Source: a virus (lineage: Duplodnaviria > Caudoviricetes). From it: 53,515 nt of DNA. Each line of letters opens with the position of its first letter. Within the stretch, counting starts at the first letter, position 1. Positions 1-11,500 of this stretch are shown here, piece after piece. The position numbers and the translations under genes are program-made. Where the stretch lies: IMG/VR virus record IMGVR_UViG_3300021373_000958, positions 1 to 53,515 of that record; one strand, given 5' to 3'. The notes beneath the pieces were generated by a model. It saw nothing but the letters and a program-made list of their open reading frames with translations. It had not been told where the DNA came from and searched no databases.

Positions 1-1041
1 CCTATTCTGGGCGTAGTATGTAGTGCTCGTATTATTTAGAGTGTCATAAGATTCAGGTGACCACTTAGCACCAGATGTTTGACCAGTAATTACTTCAGCG
101 GTAGTGAAGGTTCCTGTTCTGTTGATGACCTGTAGAGATCTTGTAGTAGCATCCCAGGACTTGACTTCTGCTCTGTTGTCTTTTGGCGAGTAGTCGATTG
201 TAACGGTAGGTGCTGAAGTATACCCAGAACCACCGTTAGTGATAAGGATGCCAGTAACAAGACCAGTCGAACTAACTGATGCTGTGGCTGTTGCTCCACT
301 TCCTCCGCCTCCTGAGATTGTAACTGTAGGTGGTAATGCAGAATTGTAATGCAATCCACTATCAGTAATGGTGATGCTATCTACAGCATCTCCATCTGTT
401 GTTGCTGTCGCCTTAGCAAGGAACTCATCGCCAACAACTTCCTCACCAACAACAAATGCTCCTGTGCCACCAGGATCCATAACAAGTTTGATGGCAGCGC
501 CAAACTCCAGTTCAATATCATCAATCTCTTCAACACCTGTCTCAAAGGTATCGCTACCGAGTTCATAGAGTTCACAAGTTAATATGTAGAATTGGATCTT
601 GCCAAACTGGAAGAATGGACTTTCTTTCTCTACAAACTTGATCTCGTAGATGTCTTGTGTTAGTGGGAAGTAAAGAAGGTCTCCTTCATTAGGTCTTCCG
701 TCATAAGTTAGAGTTGGTTGCTCTGCTGCTACTACCTGATCCCAACGTCTAGTTGAGACACGGAATACAACCTCGTCTGTAATTTTCAATCCAAACTTAC
801 TGACAAACTCTGCTCCGTCAGCAAATCCAGTTACATTTTGTAGAAGCATCTCAATCTGAAACTGCTCCTGATACTTTGAATATCTTACCTCTTCAAGAGT
901 ATTATCTTGAAGCATAGTTCTAGGCAGATAATAGATATCTGTTCCGAACAATTTAATTTGCTCGTCAACTAGATCCTGGTAGAGGTTTTGCTCTCCAGGA
1001 TCTCCCTGATAGTATGTTGGAAAGTAAGGACTAGTAGGCAT
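1..1041 (-). CDS. gp14: T4-like neck protein gp14, 3' end runs off the window
   Basis: Manual translation from ATG at 1041: MPTSPYFPTYYQGDPGEQNLYQDLVDEQIKLFGTDIYYLPR...FVSKFGL...RPNEGDLLYFPLTQDIYEIKFVEKESPFFQFGK; directly follows gp13; not in the ORF track because it is open at the edge. Confidence 0.9.
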   Translation of the reverse strand, partial: MPTSPYFPTYYQGDPGEQNLYQDLVDEQIKLFGTDIYYLPRTMLQDNTLEEVRYSKYQEQFQIEMLLQNVTGFADGAEFVSKFGLKITDEVVFRVSTRRWDQVVAAEQPTLTYDGRPNEGDLLYFPLTQDIYEIKFVEKESPFFQFGKIQFYILTCELYELGSDTFETGVEEIDDIELEFGAAIKLVMDPGGTGAFVVGEEVVGDEFLAKATATTDGDAVDSITITDSGLHYNSALPPTVTISGGGGSGATATASVSSTGLVTGILITNGGSGYTSAPTVTIDYSPKDNRAEVKSWDATTRSLQVINRTGTFTTAEVITGQTSGAKWSPESYDTLNNTSTTYYAQNR

Positions 1042-1042
1042 C

Positions 1043-1843
1043 TTATCCGATCATATCCATAGGTGGAATAGCATACTTGCTGAGAACTTCGCTTTCGATT
1101 TTCTCAATTTCTGCTAGTGCGTCTGTGTAGAGTTCTCTGCCGTTGAGGGTGATACCACCAGGCAGTTGAACATTGTTGAACTTGATTAGGTTCTGACCCC
1201 ACTGCTTCTTCATCAGAGCAGTAGCATATCTCTTCACGAACATATCATTATACATTTCAGTCGCATCTGTAGGATCGATGAGACGATGTGCTTCAATCAA
1301 GAGCCAGGTATCCTCTTTGAGGAATGACTTATTGATGTCAAGATACAAACGATCACGACGCATGGTGTATCTGAACTGCTGGAATGATCCATTGTTGAGG
1401 ACCATATCTAGAGTTTCTAGATACTGTTTATTCATATAGTAGTTGAGGATATCAAGTGATCCAAACGCATACAAGTCGTTCAGGAACAACTGATATTCAA
1501 CACCAAAAAGGTTTGAACGAATTGAGTTGCTGACTAGACCGAATACTCTGGTGACACCTACAACATGATCTGGAATGGGAATATAATTTGTCGCCTCTTC
1601 CCAGTTCGTAGTTCCAGATGATGTGGTATCTTCACCATCAAATCTTGTTAGATCATCAGCATTGATTTTGTGTCTTAGGTATGCTCTCTCCATACCATTG
1701 TAGCAGTTCTCTTGGAAGAACTGGATGGTATCGTCAATAACATTGTTTACCTGTTCGTCGTCAATATTAACTTGGAGGACAGGCTCACCAAGCTGCCTCT
1801 TACAGTAAGTGATAAGATCAGCCCTAGAACTTGGAGATGCCAT
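1043..1843 (-). CDS. gp13: T4-like neck protein gp13
   Basis: MASPSSRADLITYCKRQLGEPVLQVNIDDEQV...KRYATALMKKQWGQNLIKFNNVQLPGGITLNG, typical gp13; ATG at 1843 preferred over the 1852 start. Confidence 0.93.
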   Translation of the reverse strand: MASPSSRADLITYCKRQLGEPVLQVNIDDEQVNNVIDDTIQFFQENCYNGMERAYLRHKINADDLTRFDGEDTTSSGTTNWEEATNYIPIPDHVVGVTRVFGLVSNSIRSNLFGVEYQLFLNDLYAFGSLDILNYYMNKQYLETLDMVLNNGSFQQFRYTMRRDRLYLDINKSFLKEDTWLLIEAHRLIDPTDATEMYNDMFVKRYATALMKKQWGQNLIKFNNVQLPGGITLNGRELYTDALAEIEKIESEVLSKYAIPPMDMIG

Positions 1844-1850
1844 TACACAC

Positions 1851-1888
1851 AAAAAATCCCTTCTTACCTATTTAGGAAGAAGGGATTT
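1851..1888 (-). terminator. Intrinsic terminator-like hairpin with a late promoter at its apex
   Basis: Minus strand AAATCCCTTCTT-cctaaataggt-AAGAAGGGATTT followed by a T-run; TAAATA at 1869-1874. Confidence 0.7.
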
Positions 1889-1893
1889 AGTAT

Positions 1894-2088
1894 TTATTCT
1901 ACTACTTCGGTTGGTGCTACTTGACCCTCTTCTCCTTCTCCTTCAAGAAGACCTAGAGTTTCTAAACCACCTTCTAGTTTTAGTTTGTATTCTTTTGCTT
2001 TAGTCAGATTTGTTTCTAATTCCGAAATCTGTTTTGCGGTTTGAGCAATCTGCTCTTCAAAGTTTTTCTTTAATGTTGCTGGATCCAT
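1894..2088 (-). CDS. small coiled-coil hypothetical protein
   Basis: MDPATLKKNFEEQIAQTAKQISELETNLTKAKEYKLKLEGG heptad pattern; own CTAAATA at about 2117-2123. Confidence 0.75.
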   Translation of the reverse strand: MDPATLKKNFEEQIAQTAKQISELETNLTKAKEYKLKLEGGLETLGLLEGEGEEGQVAPTEVVE

Positions 2089-2124
2089 AGTAATCACCGT
2101 GAATTGTGTGTGTAAGTATTTAGT

Positions 2125-2721
2125 CTATCTCTGTTGAGGGATAGGAACAAAATTGCAAGAAAAAATTACTCTTTCTTCATCTGATAAATTTTTTGGAGCA
2201 TAGTGATTTAGCATACTGGGAAAAAATATAATGTCACCAGATTTGATGTCTTCTGGGCAAAACATTTGAGTTACACCGCCAATATAATCTCCGTGTGGAG
2301 AAATAAAAGTTGTTGGCATATGCTTTTCTTGATCAAAATCAATATAAAGCACACAACTAAATCCCAAAGATCCGTGGTTATGTACACCATGTAGTTGATT
2401 ATTAGTCAGTTTTTCAAACCATGCTCCACTTACTGTCCAATCAACACTTGCTAGTTCTGGGATTAGCTTAGGAACTTCATCAAAGAATTTTTGTGCAGTT
2501 GGTGTAATAATACTCAGCATATTCTGTAGATACTGAGGACTGCTATTATACTTTGCATTTGCTTGAAAATCTGTATAGAGATTATCTCCATCTCTACCAT
2601 CTTTATTGATTTCCTCAATGAAAGAATTTGCATACTGCGAAAGTGCGTATGTCTTATTCAATGTATCCCAATCTTCTATGGAATACTTCCCGATCGGGAT
2701 CTGAAAAATATTAGTAATCAT
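2125..2721 (-). CDS. putative 2OG-Fe(II) oxygenase (TIGR02466-like)
   Basis: HGVHNH...FSCVLYIDF...GDIIFFPSMLNHYAPKNLSDEERVIFSCN: His ligands and distal R-x-x-x-S-x-N. Confidence 0.8.
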   Translation of the reverse strand: MITNIFQIPIGKYSIEDWDTLNKTYALSQYANSFIEEINKDGRDGDNLYTDFQANAKYNSSPQYLQNMLSIITPTAQKFFDEVPKLIPELASVDWTVSGAWFEKLTNNQLHGVHNHGSLGFSCVLYIDFDQEKHMPTTFISPHGDYIGGVTQMFCPEDIKSGDIIFFPSMLNHYAPKNLSDEERVIFSCNFVPIPQQR

Positions 2722-3407
2722 AACAAATCAAAGAAAAATACTTGTGTTAGCCTTGAATTTTCTGGAGTGGTTCCAAAATACTTCGTTGCAGAATGAAAAT
2801 GTTTAGCATTGAAAATAACACATCTATTAAAAACATTTTCACAATATTCTAGCATCTCCCATTCATCAAAGTTTGATGCTTGTTCTGGCGTGAATAATTG
2901 TTCTTTATCAGTTTTATAAAATTTTCCAGTTTCTTTATGTTTAAAAAACCCAGTTCCAGTTCCTTCTGGTGGATCTGGAGTTAAGTATACAACTCCCGCA
3001 AATGAATTCATTTCGTCGGAATGTATCCACATTTTTGAATTTTCATCACAATACTGGAAACATCCATTAGACATTGGCAGAAAAGGATTTAGATATATAT
3101 CTGTTCCTTTTATTTTCATCTCCATATTTGTTAGATCGAATTCAAGGAGATCAAATGATACTTCTTTGTCAACTGCTAATGTAAATGCCCATCTGGTTGT
3201 ATCTATGGAACGACCCAAACTTCGTTCCATTTTATCTTTATTTTCAATTAGATTTTTTAGACATGCCTTTGTTCTTCTGCCTGGATAAATCTCAAAACCA
3301 TTAGCTCTTTTTTTATCGCCTGGTATGTTATCGTCAGTTTTAAATTTTGACAGGGCAAGATCTCTGACCCCATATGGGTCGTCATACCAATTATCAACTA
3401 TGATCAT
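2718..3407 (-). CDS. putative 2OG-Fe(II) oxygenase (DUF6445-like)
   Basis: IIVDNWYDDPYGVR...YPGRRT...WIHSD...FAGVVYLTPDPPEGTGTGFF...FNRCVIFNAKHFHSA...RLTQVFFF: HxD...H triad and distal Arg. Confidence 0.8.
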   Translation of the reverse strand: MIIVDNWYDDPYGVRDLALSKFKTDDNIPGDKKRANGFEIYPGRRTKACLKNLIENKDKMERSLGRSIDTTRWAFTLAVDKEVSFDLLEFDLTNMEMKIKGTDIYLNPFLPMSNGCFQYCDENSKMWIHSDEMNSFAGVVYLTPDPPEGTGTGFFKHKETGKFYKTDKEQLFTPEQASNFDEWEMLEYCENVFNRCVIFNAKHFHSATKYFGTTPENSRLTQVFFFDLL

Positions 3408-3422
3408 AATAAAATTAAATTC

Positions 3423-3746
3423 TTATTCTGGTTTTGGAAACTGATCTTTAATTTCTTGAATTGCTGCTTTCCAACCATCATAACCAAGATGGAAGAGCAT
3501 GTCTAGTTGCTCATGATATTCTGGATATGCTTCAATTCTTTGATTTGCATATAGTTGTTCGGCATCAAACTTTGCTAGCAACTCAGCGTGCTTAGCTTCA
3601 ATCTCTTCTTTAGATGGTTGTGCGTGGACATTATCTGGCATCCACTCAACATTGCCGTCTTCATCAATTGAAAACATTGCTCCATCTGGATACATTGCAT
3701 GTAAAGTATCCGCAAGATCTGGACGTGGGGTTAATCTTCTAAACAT
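3423..3746 (-). CDS. putative tail fibre assembly chaperone (XkdW/Tfa-like)
   Basis: W...QPSKEEIEAKHAEL...YANQRIEAYPEYHEQLDMLFH..GYDGWKAAIQEIKDQFPKP, a type usually found after fibre genes; perfect TATAAATA at 3771-3778. Confidence 0.6.
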   Translation of the reverse strand: MFRRLTPRPDLADTLHAMYPDGAMFSIDEDGNVEWMPDNVHAQPSKEEIEAKHAELLAKFDAEQLYANQRIEAYPEYHEQLDMLFHLGYDGWKAAIQEIKDQFPKPE

Positions 3747-3782
3747 TGGTGCTTCAATCTTCCAGCGTATTATTTATATTTA

Positions 3783-4337
3783 TTATGGTCTAATACTTTC
3801 GTAAATTGTGGCACTGCAAAGACCAGTCTCATAACTATCCTGACCCCAAGAACCTACGGTTCTGTTTTGATAGAACGTATAGTTACCTGTACTAGAACTT
3901 CTCACAGCTGGACAAAAATAAGTATATCCAGTTGTATTAGCAATACAGTGATATAACAGATACCAGCAAGATGGTGTAGAACTTTCGTTTCTATCATACC
4001 ATCCAGATGCGTATCCCATCCATCTATTGTTGTTTGTGGAGTTTCTGCCTTGCTCACCGCCAGTTGTGACTAGACCGCCATTTCTGTGAATTAACCAAAC
4101 ATTATCTTGGTGTAATTCTCCCATAATCATAAACTCAACAATAAGTCTACTGGAAGATGCAGTTGGGGTAATTCCAATAGTAAGATCTCTCAAAGGAGTT
4201 CCACTTCCACTATTTGGTGATGAAAGTGAATTTTTTCTCTCACTCATTACAGTATTTACCTGAATGACTGGTCCATTATTTGTGAGGATATTTCTTCCTG
4301 CTAAGGTTTGAATTGTATTTGTTTTAATTAGTGACAT
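3783..4337 (-). CDS. tail fibre tip/adhesin-like beta protein, paralog 3
   Basis: MSLIKTNTIQ...GPVIQV...LTIGITPTASSSRLIVEF...PAVRSS...TFYQNRT...SATIYE; homologous to the two upstream ORFs. Confidence 0.65.
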   Translation of the reverse strand: MSLIKTNTIQTLAGRNILTNNGPVIQVNTVMSERKNSLSSPNSGSGTPLRDLTIGITPTASSSRLIVEFMIMGELHQDNVWLIHRNGGLVTTGGEQGRNSTNNNRWMGYASGWYDRNESSTPSCWYLLYHCIANTTGYTYFCPAVRSSSTGNYTFYQNRTVGSWGQDSYETGLCSATIYESIRP

Positions 4338-4342
4338 GATTT

Positions 4343-4909
4343 TTATCCTCTTGTTACTTCAAACGCAATCATGGAAGAATAGCAAATTTCATAACTATTT
4401 TGCCCAGCAGAACTCTGAGTTCTATTTAGATATAATGTTCTGTTGCTACCATTAGAAGATCTAACCCCAGGAGTAAATCTAATCTGGGAAAGAGTGTTTG
4501 CTTGCCAAGTTCCTTGTAAGAAATAATTTCTTGGGGTAGAACTATTATCATCACCAGTATAATCACCAGCAATCATACCAGAGTGTCTTGGGTTGAAATT
4601 GTGAAATGAGTTTGCATCTACTCCATATGGCAAACTTTCATCTTTACCATAGTCACGAAGAATTGTTATAACTGTGTCGTGATGAATTTCACCAGCCAAA
4701 CATAGTTGAACAACAATAAGATTATTAGGATGCTGTGGCGTAATAGTTAGAGTTAAAGAAGTTACTGGAGTAAAAATATAACTATTTGGAGCACTCCATG
4801 TATTTCTAGCATCTGTTCTTACATGAACTGTCTGAACAATATTTCCACTATTGTTCAAAAGTTTTTTGTTGGATGTGTTTACAATTGAATTTACTTTAAG
4901 TGTGCTCAT
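4343..4909 (-). CDS. tail fibre tip/adhesin-like beta protein, paralog 2
   Basis: ATG 4909 (ATGA overlap with the upstream stop): MSTLKVNSIV...GNIVQTV...LTLTITP...PGVRSS...TLYLNRT...SMIAFEV. Confidence 0.65.
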   Translation of the reverse strand: MSTLKVNSIVNTSNKKLLNNSGNIVQTVHVRTDARNTWSAPNSYIFTPVTSLTLTITPQHPNNLIVVQLCLAGEIHHDTVITILRDYGKDESLPYGVDANSFHNFNPRHSGMIAGDYTGDDNSSTPRNYFLQGTWQANTLSQIRFTPGVRSSNGSNRTLYLNRTQSSAGQNSYEICYSSMIAFEVTRG

Positions 4910-5466
4910 ACTGCTACCTCCCAGCAAACTCCAGATGATACGGTAATTTCATATGCGTTTTGACCATTGTTGCCACTACCAACACAGCGATTTAAATAGA
5001 ACGTTCTGCCTGATGAGTTAGAACTTCTAACAGCTGGTCTATAAGATCTGGATGATGTGGAACCAGCAATTCCAGACCAGAAAATTACCGTGTTTTGTGG
5101 AGTTGAACTATTGTTTCTGTCATAAACTGAAGGAGCAGCACCAGTCCATCTTGAATTTGAATATGAGTTATATCCTTGAGCTCCACTTTGAGTAATAAGA
5201 CTACCATCCTGATAGACAGTGAATACTGCGTTTTCATTATTAAATTCGCCGTTAACCATCCACTTACAGATAATTCTGTTAGCGGAATTTCTTGGGGTGA
5301 TGGTCAAATTTAACTGTGAAATTACAGTTCCATTACCAGAGCCTGGTGCTGAAAATGTAGTTCTAGTATCAGTCCTTACAACAACACATTGGACGATAGA
5401 TCCAGCTGTATTTAAAAGTGGTCTACCATCTACAGTTTGGACAGCATTAGTTCGTATAGTGCTCAT
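4906..5466 (-). CDS. tail fibre tip/adhesin-like beta protein, paralog 1
   Basis: MSTIRTNAVQ...GSIVQCV...LNLTITP...PAVRSS...TFYLNRC...GVCWEV; ATAAATA at 5491-5497. Confidence 0.65.
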   Translation of the reverse strand: MSTIRTNAVQTVDGRPLLNTAGSIVQCVVVRTDTRTTFSAPGSGNGTVISQLNLTITPRNSANRIICKWMVNGEFNNENAVFTVYQDGSLITQSGAQGYNSYSNSRWTGAAPSVYDRNNSSTPQNTVIFWSGIAGSTSSRSYRPAVRSSNSSGRTFYLNRCVGSGNNGQNAYEITVSSGVCWEVAV

Positions 5467-5505
5467 TACTATTAGTTACTCCGTATTGACTATTTATTAA
5501 GATTA

Positions 5506-8500
5506 TCAAATGACTGTCCAAGTTCCACCATTGCCAATGTATACGGTGATGTTACTATTAACCGTAATTGGACCATAACTACATGCGTTTAGTGTTGTTG
5601 GAATTGTGAGGTTTTCGGCAATAGATTGTCTGTTTGCCTTGACAACACCATAAGTATCCAACCACTGACGATCGCCATTAGCATAGAGAACGTTGTTATT
5701 ATTGTTGGAGTTATTTCCGAGAGAAGTGCTTCCAAATGATGCAGTATATGTTCTGAAAGTCTTAGCGTAAATGTTACCAGTATTGGCATCAATATCTCCA
5801 CCAAATACCGCTTGGTTATTTGTTAGGTTGAGATACAATGGCCATCTGCTATTAGCAACTTGAGTCCATGCGCCTGTAGAAGCATTTGTAGCACCGCATA
5901 AGAAATACATCAAGTTGGAATTGACATGAATGTATCCTGATCTATTGTTGGTATCTCTAAATGTGATAGTTGGAGCAGTTCCAGTCATCATGATACCATC
6001 ACTGTTACCAGTTAGTCTTGCAACACCAGCAGTCAGAGTTGCTGTATTAGAAGAACCAAGATATAGGTTACCACTGTTATCCATGTAACCAACATTGCTT
6101 CCACCTCTTCTAAATCTTACAACCTCGGTGCTGTTAGAACCAGCGTTGATATACCATCTGTTTGAGTGATACTCAAGTTTACCAACTCCAGATCCAGCGT
6201 CACCACTCCAAGTGGATGTAGAAGTTTGAGTAATTCTAGTGCTATTACCAGTCAGAGAAATGCTACCAGTTAGAGTTACATTTCTTGCACTTACAATATC
6301 ACCAGTACCAAGTGTTAGAGATGTTCCAAAAATTCCACCAGCACCATTAACTCTAAATGTCTCAGCGTCATTACCTCTAACTTGTATAGCGTAGGTTGCT
6401 CCAGATCCAACATCAACTTTAAGACCATATTCATTCGCGCTACCATTATATTTGTCAACAATCAGACCCCAATCATTGTTGTTGGTTGCTGTGATGTATA
6501 CCGTAGCATCATTTGTTGCACTAGCAGTTCCACCATTGATTACTACCTCTGGCGATTCAATTCTTCCAGTAAATGTAACTGTATTGGAATTATATGGATA
6601 TTGGAATACTACCGTATTAGTTCCGTTATCTTTTCTATAGAATGCAATTCTATCAGCGAGTTCACCAGAAGAGAATGTAGGTGAACCATCACCATTATAT
6701 GCAAGACCACCACCGTAAGTAGATGACTGACCAACATAGAGATATCCAGTTCCCTGTGAGTTACCATATGCTTCAAAACCAGCGTTGTTGGAATCATTCG
6801 TTAGGACACGAACAAATCTTCCCGAACCAGTAGCAGTGGAACCAACAGTCAGGTTACCAGTCATGGTATCGCCAGACTTCAGGACGTTCAGAGAAGCAGC
6901 ACCAGTTAGAGATGCAGTAATGTTGTTAGCAGCAAAATTACCACTACTATCTCTGATTACAGCGGTTCCGTTTGCAACGCTACTGTTATAAGATCCACTA
7001 GATAGTCCAACCTCAAAAGTAACGTTACCTTCGTTCCAAACTTTGTTATTGTTTAGTGTGAGACTGTTTGGATCAAAAGCAGTAATATTCAGAGATCCCT
7101 GACCAGGATTTCCTGCTGTTCCACCACCAGTGGCAGTAATTGAAACATCAAATGCATTACCATTACCACTAGATCTGAACAAGATCTCTGGAGAACCAGA
7201 TACTGCAGAAGCACCAAGGGTTAGTGCAGCTTGTCCACCACTACCAGTTAGTGATGCCAACTCATAAGTTGTTAGAGTTGCTGGTGTGTAGTCATCAAAT
7301 GGAACGTTAATTGAGGCGGTTCCAATTCTGATAGCACCAGAAGCACCAAATCCACCGTTATCAAGTCGTACTCTTAGAATAGTGTAATGTTCGGTGGGAT
7401 CTGTATTAGTATCATCTGTGATTACATTGAGAACATATACCGTTCCAACACCTTGCGAATCGCTATCATATAGATTGATTGTTTCATTAATTAAGAATGG
7501 GAAAGTGTTTAGAACTCGTCCAGAAATATAAACATCAAAAATTGAGTTTCCAGAATAGTTTTTGACACTTAGTGTTTCATAAATGTGAGTGTTATCAAAC
7601 AACTCTGGCATATGAGAAGCACCAATTCTTCCGAAATTGATATTTCTTCCATTTTGATACCAAGTTCCTTGCTTACCATCAAGAACATCAGCATCTAGAC
7701 CAGATCCAACACCATCATTTCCATCATGCCACAATAGTCTCCAATCAGACCATTCCGAAACACCTGCTCCAGATCCACGCAACCAAAGATTGTTTTTATC
7801 GGTAAACGCTAACTGTCTTACACCACCACCAGTATCATCATTAGAAGTATCTCCAAACTGACGGAAAGTGATAACACCATGATATCCGCTGTCTGGATCA
7901 TCTGGTCTAGTTGGATCTGCCAAACCATCTGATAAATTAGTCTTCCAAGCGGATGTGATACCAACATTAAATGTATTTGGCAATCCGCTGTTTCCAGAGT
8001 TTAGTGTCTGAGTATTCAGACGAATTGTGTTACCAGACTGACCACTGATAGAGATGCTGTAAGTACCACTACCAAGTTTTGATGGTCCGATACTAGAATC
8101 GATGAAGTATTGACCATCTAAGTAGTAGTTACCATGCTGACCATCTAGTTTGTCAGCATCAAATCCAGATTCTGGTCCCTGGTCAATGTAAACACCACCA
8201 CCAGAAACAAATCTAAACTGACCAATTCTTCCAGTTGCTGTATCTGATTTGAGGAAACGAACGATACCAGCATTACCATATGGATCAGCATCAAGAGTTT
8301 TATCATCAACTCTTCTAATGTCCATTCCAATAACGCCACTGTTTTTAACAGAGTTAGCAACTTTAGCTGCAAGAACAAGACCGTTACCAGTGCCAAGAAT
8401 AGTTGGGTTTGGAGAAATTGTATAATCGTCAGTGAAGTTTGATCCTCCATCTGTTACGATAACGCTGGTAACACCACCATTAGTAACAACGATGTTAGCG

Positions 8501-11500
8501 AAACAGTCCGTTCCAACTCCACCAGAAGAAACGTCAACACCAAAGTATTCACCATCGGTGTATCCATTTCCAGGGTTGGTAATTACAATCTTATCAATAT
8601 AATTTACTTTTACGTTAGAAGCATCAAATACTAGTGGAGAATCTGGTCTGATAAATTCAACAACTGCCCCAGAAGGAACGCTAGATTGAATTGGTGTACT
8701 TAGCGTAAGTGTTGCTTCGCCGTCTGCTACAACAATTTGAGAAATTGTGGTATCTTCTGCAAAATATGATCCAGGAACTAACTCATGACCAATCAGTAAC
8801 TGACTATCGGCATTGAAAACCAATTGCTGTGATGGAGTATTTGAAGCGGAAATCGTCTTGAGGAAGTAACGATTTTCTAGTGCTTTGATAGTCTGAGTTA
8901 CTGGTTTATATGTTTGATCACCAGCAAGGAATGTAAAGGAAGATGCAGCTCCATCACCAAGCAATGTCGTAGACATCTTGCCAGGACCAGTGATATTATT
9001 AACAGCAACTGATGTTGTAGATAGAGAAACCCAGTTATCAATATCTTGTGCTGAAGTATTGACAACACGTAGAACATTTACTAGATTTGGAGCTGGGGCG
9101 TGATCTTCAATATTATCTGTATCTTCAATCTTGATATTGTTGACAATATTTGCATAAACACGAGATTCAATTAATGAATTAGCGGAGGCAGTTGTTCCAC
9201 CAGCACCAGGAGCACTGAAGCTAATTCCTGGTGCCGTTGTATAACCTTGACCACCAACATATCCAGCATTCTCTGTGATAGTAATAAGAATTACTTTTCC
9301 ATCAGCGATAGTTGCTGTTGCTGTTGCCGTAGTTCCTGAGGCAGGAGCTGCAATACTTACTGTTGGAGCAGAAGTGTATCCAGAACCACCATCTACAATT
9401 TGAATTTCGTATACTACACCTTCAACATAATCAGTAACTTGTTGAATACCTCCAGTGATATCACCTGTCAGAAGTTGACCATTAGTAAATACAAGAGTAG
9501 GATCAACATTAATTCCGAGATAAGAACTTGTTAGATCATTTTCTAGAATGTATGATGTGTTAGTATCACCTTGAATTGCGATATCACCCGCAAGTGGACC
9601 TTCTAGAGAAAGTCTTTCTGCTTCATCAGCAACCGTATAGATGCTGAATGGTCTTAGTGCTGGGATCTGGTCTAGAGAGATCTTACCACTATCGGTAAGT
9701 TCAACCAGTGCTCTAGGAACTGCGCTAGTTGAATATGGTTTGTTTAGATAGGGACCGAGGTTGTTTCCAATGTAATCCTTGACTGCCTTCTGAGTTGAAA
9801 TCAGTGAGTTGCTGGAGAATGCTCCACCAAGGTCATTAGCAGCAGAGAAACCTGTAACAACAACGTCACCACCTTTCAATTTGAGGAATTCAACTTCGGA
9901 GATCGAAACCGTTCCAGTAAAGGTAATGTTACCAGTTCTGTTTTCAATCTTTGCGAACGTTCCAACCTTAAAGTCTCCAAGTTCGTCAGTTCCAGAAACA
10001 TAAACACGACCATAGTTTTCAGAAACCTGTTCGTATCCATCAATCTTAGTTCCGCCGTTTTCTGGTAGAGCATTATAGTCTGTTCCAGAACCAGCATATT
10101 CCCAAGTGTGTGAAGAGGAGTTAACGATAGATGGTCTGTGAAGTCTAACCTGTGTGCCAACCATTGTGGCATCATCTACGTTAAGAACTGGAGTTTGAGT
10201 TGCTTTATCCTGAATAAGAATAGGAGCGTTCAGTGAGAGAGATGCTGTGAAAGGAGGACCAACAGTTACAGAACCTACACTATCAACAAAATACTCAATG
10301 TTAGGATCTTGGTTCTCAAAATCTGCAAATTTTACAACATAGTGCTCAAGTGGTTCTCTTCCAAGACCACCAACACGAAGAATTGTGCTACCGTTTGGAG
10401 TAATGTTTGTGCTTACAACCGTTCCAATGTCGAACGAATATGCTTCATCTCTGTAACCAGTTGCTCTCAGAGCATAGATACCGAAGTTAGTAGCAGAGTT
10501 AGTAATAGAAGCATAACCACCAGATTCTGCGAGAACACCATCTTTAGCAAATAGAACGAATACCGAAACCAGCTGGGTGTATCCATCGTTAATGATCTTA
10601 TATCCAGTTCCGTTGAATGAAACAATGGTAAACTGTGCAGCAACCATGGATTTACCCTGGTTGGGAGTTTCTGCATTGCCGTTAGCGTCTAGACCTGGGA
10701 ATGGACAGTTTGGTTGCTTAACCTTACTACCATCGATTTCGCAACCACCACCACCTTTAAAGGAAATAACAGAAGCGTTTTGAATATATGGAGATGCTTC
10801 AATAATAGGAAGATCCATATATGTTGATAAAATATTGACACGTTTTTGGTCAATATCATACATTGAAAGTTCTGGAACGTTTAAAATGGAATCTGTATTG
10901 TATAGAGTTCCGTAAGTTTTTGCAGGTGGAGTTCCACCTGCAAGAATATCATCTACTGTTTGGAAAGATGTTGTAATGGTTGAGACAACATCAGCACAAG
11001 TTGGTGTAGTAGTATCTTCGGTGACAGTTGAATCTGTATACAGAGGTAAGATGGAATACAGTGGTTGGTATACTGGCTCTGAGTATGCACCAGTTCCAGT
11101 ATGCCAATTTCTTACTGCAAGAATACAAAGATCTCTTACCTTCTCAAAGGCATATCTTGTAACAGGAAGTTCTGGTTGAGAAATGCCAGTAAGAACTCCT
11201 CCAGTGAAATATGCTTCAGCGGAGGTAACCATACCAGAGTTACCACCCAGAACCATGTCTCTTCTTAGAGATTGGAGAATGTAACCAATATCTCTCTTAC
11301 AGACATTCTCACCTACTACATAATCTCCATAGTTAACCGTTGGGAGATTGTTGAGGTTTCCATTGGATACAGCATCTGTAATAACACCAACTAAGGTGTC
11401 GATTGCTGCTCTAACATTTGCACAAGAGTTAGGATCTGTGTTGGATCCAGTTGCGGGATCTGCGGTAATTGTTAAGTCAGTTACAGTTAACTGGTTTGTA

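Noticed and set aside
90-582. Short ORFs 90-359, 349-582, 368-568, 381-575
   Set aside because: Shadow frames of gp14, which spans 1-1041 on the minus strand
3783-5466. Diversity-generating retroelement or invertible shufflon for the three tip paralogs
   Set aside because: No reverse transcriptase or recombinase in the window, all copies in the same orientation, and no near-identical TR/VR pair differing only at adenines
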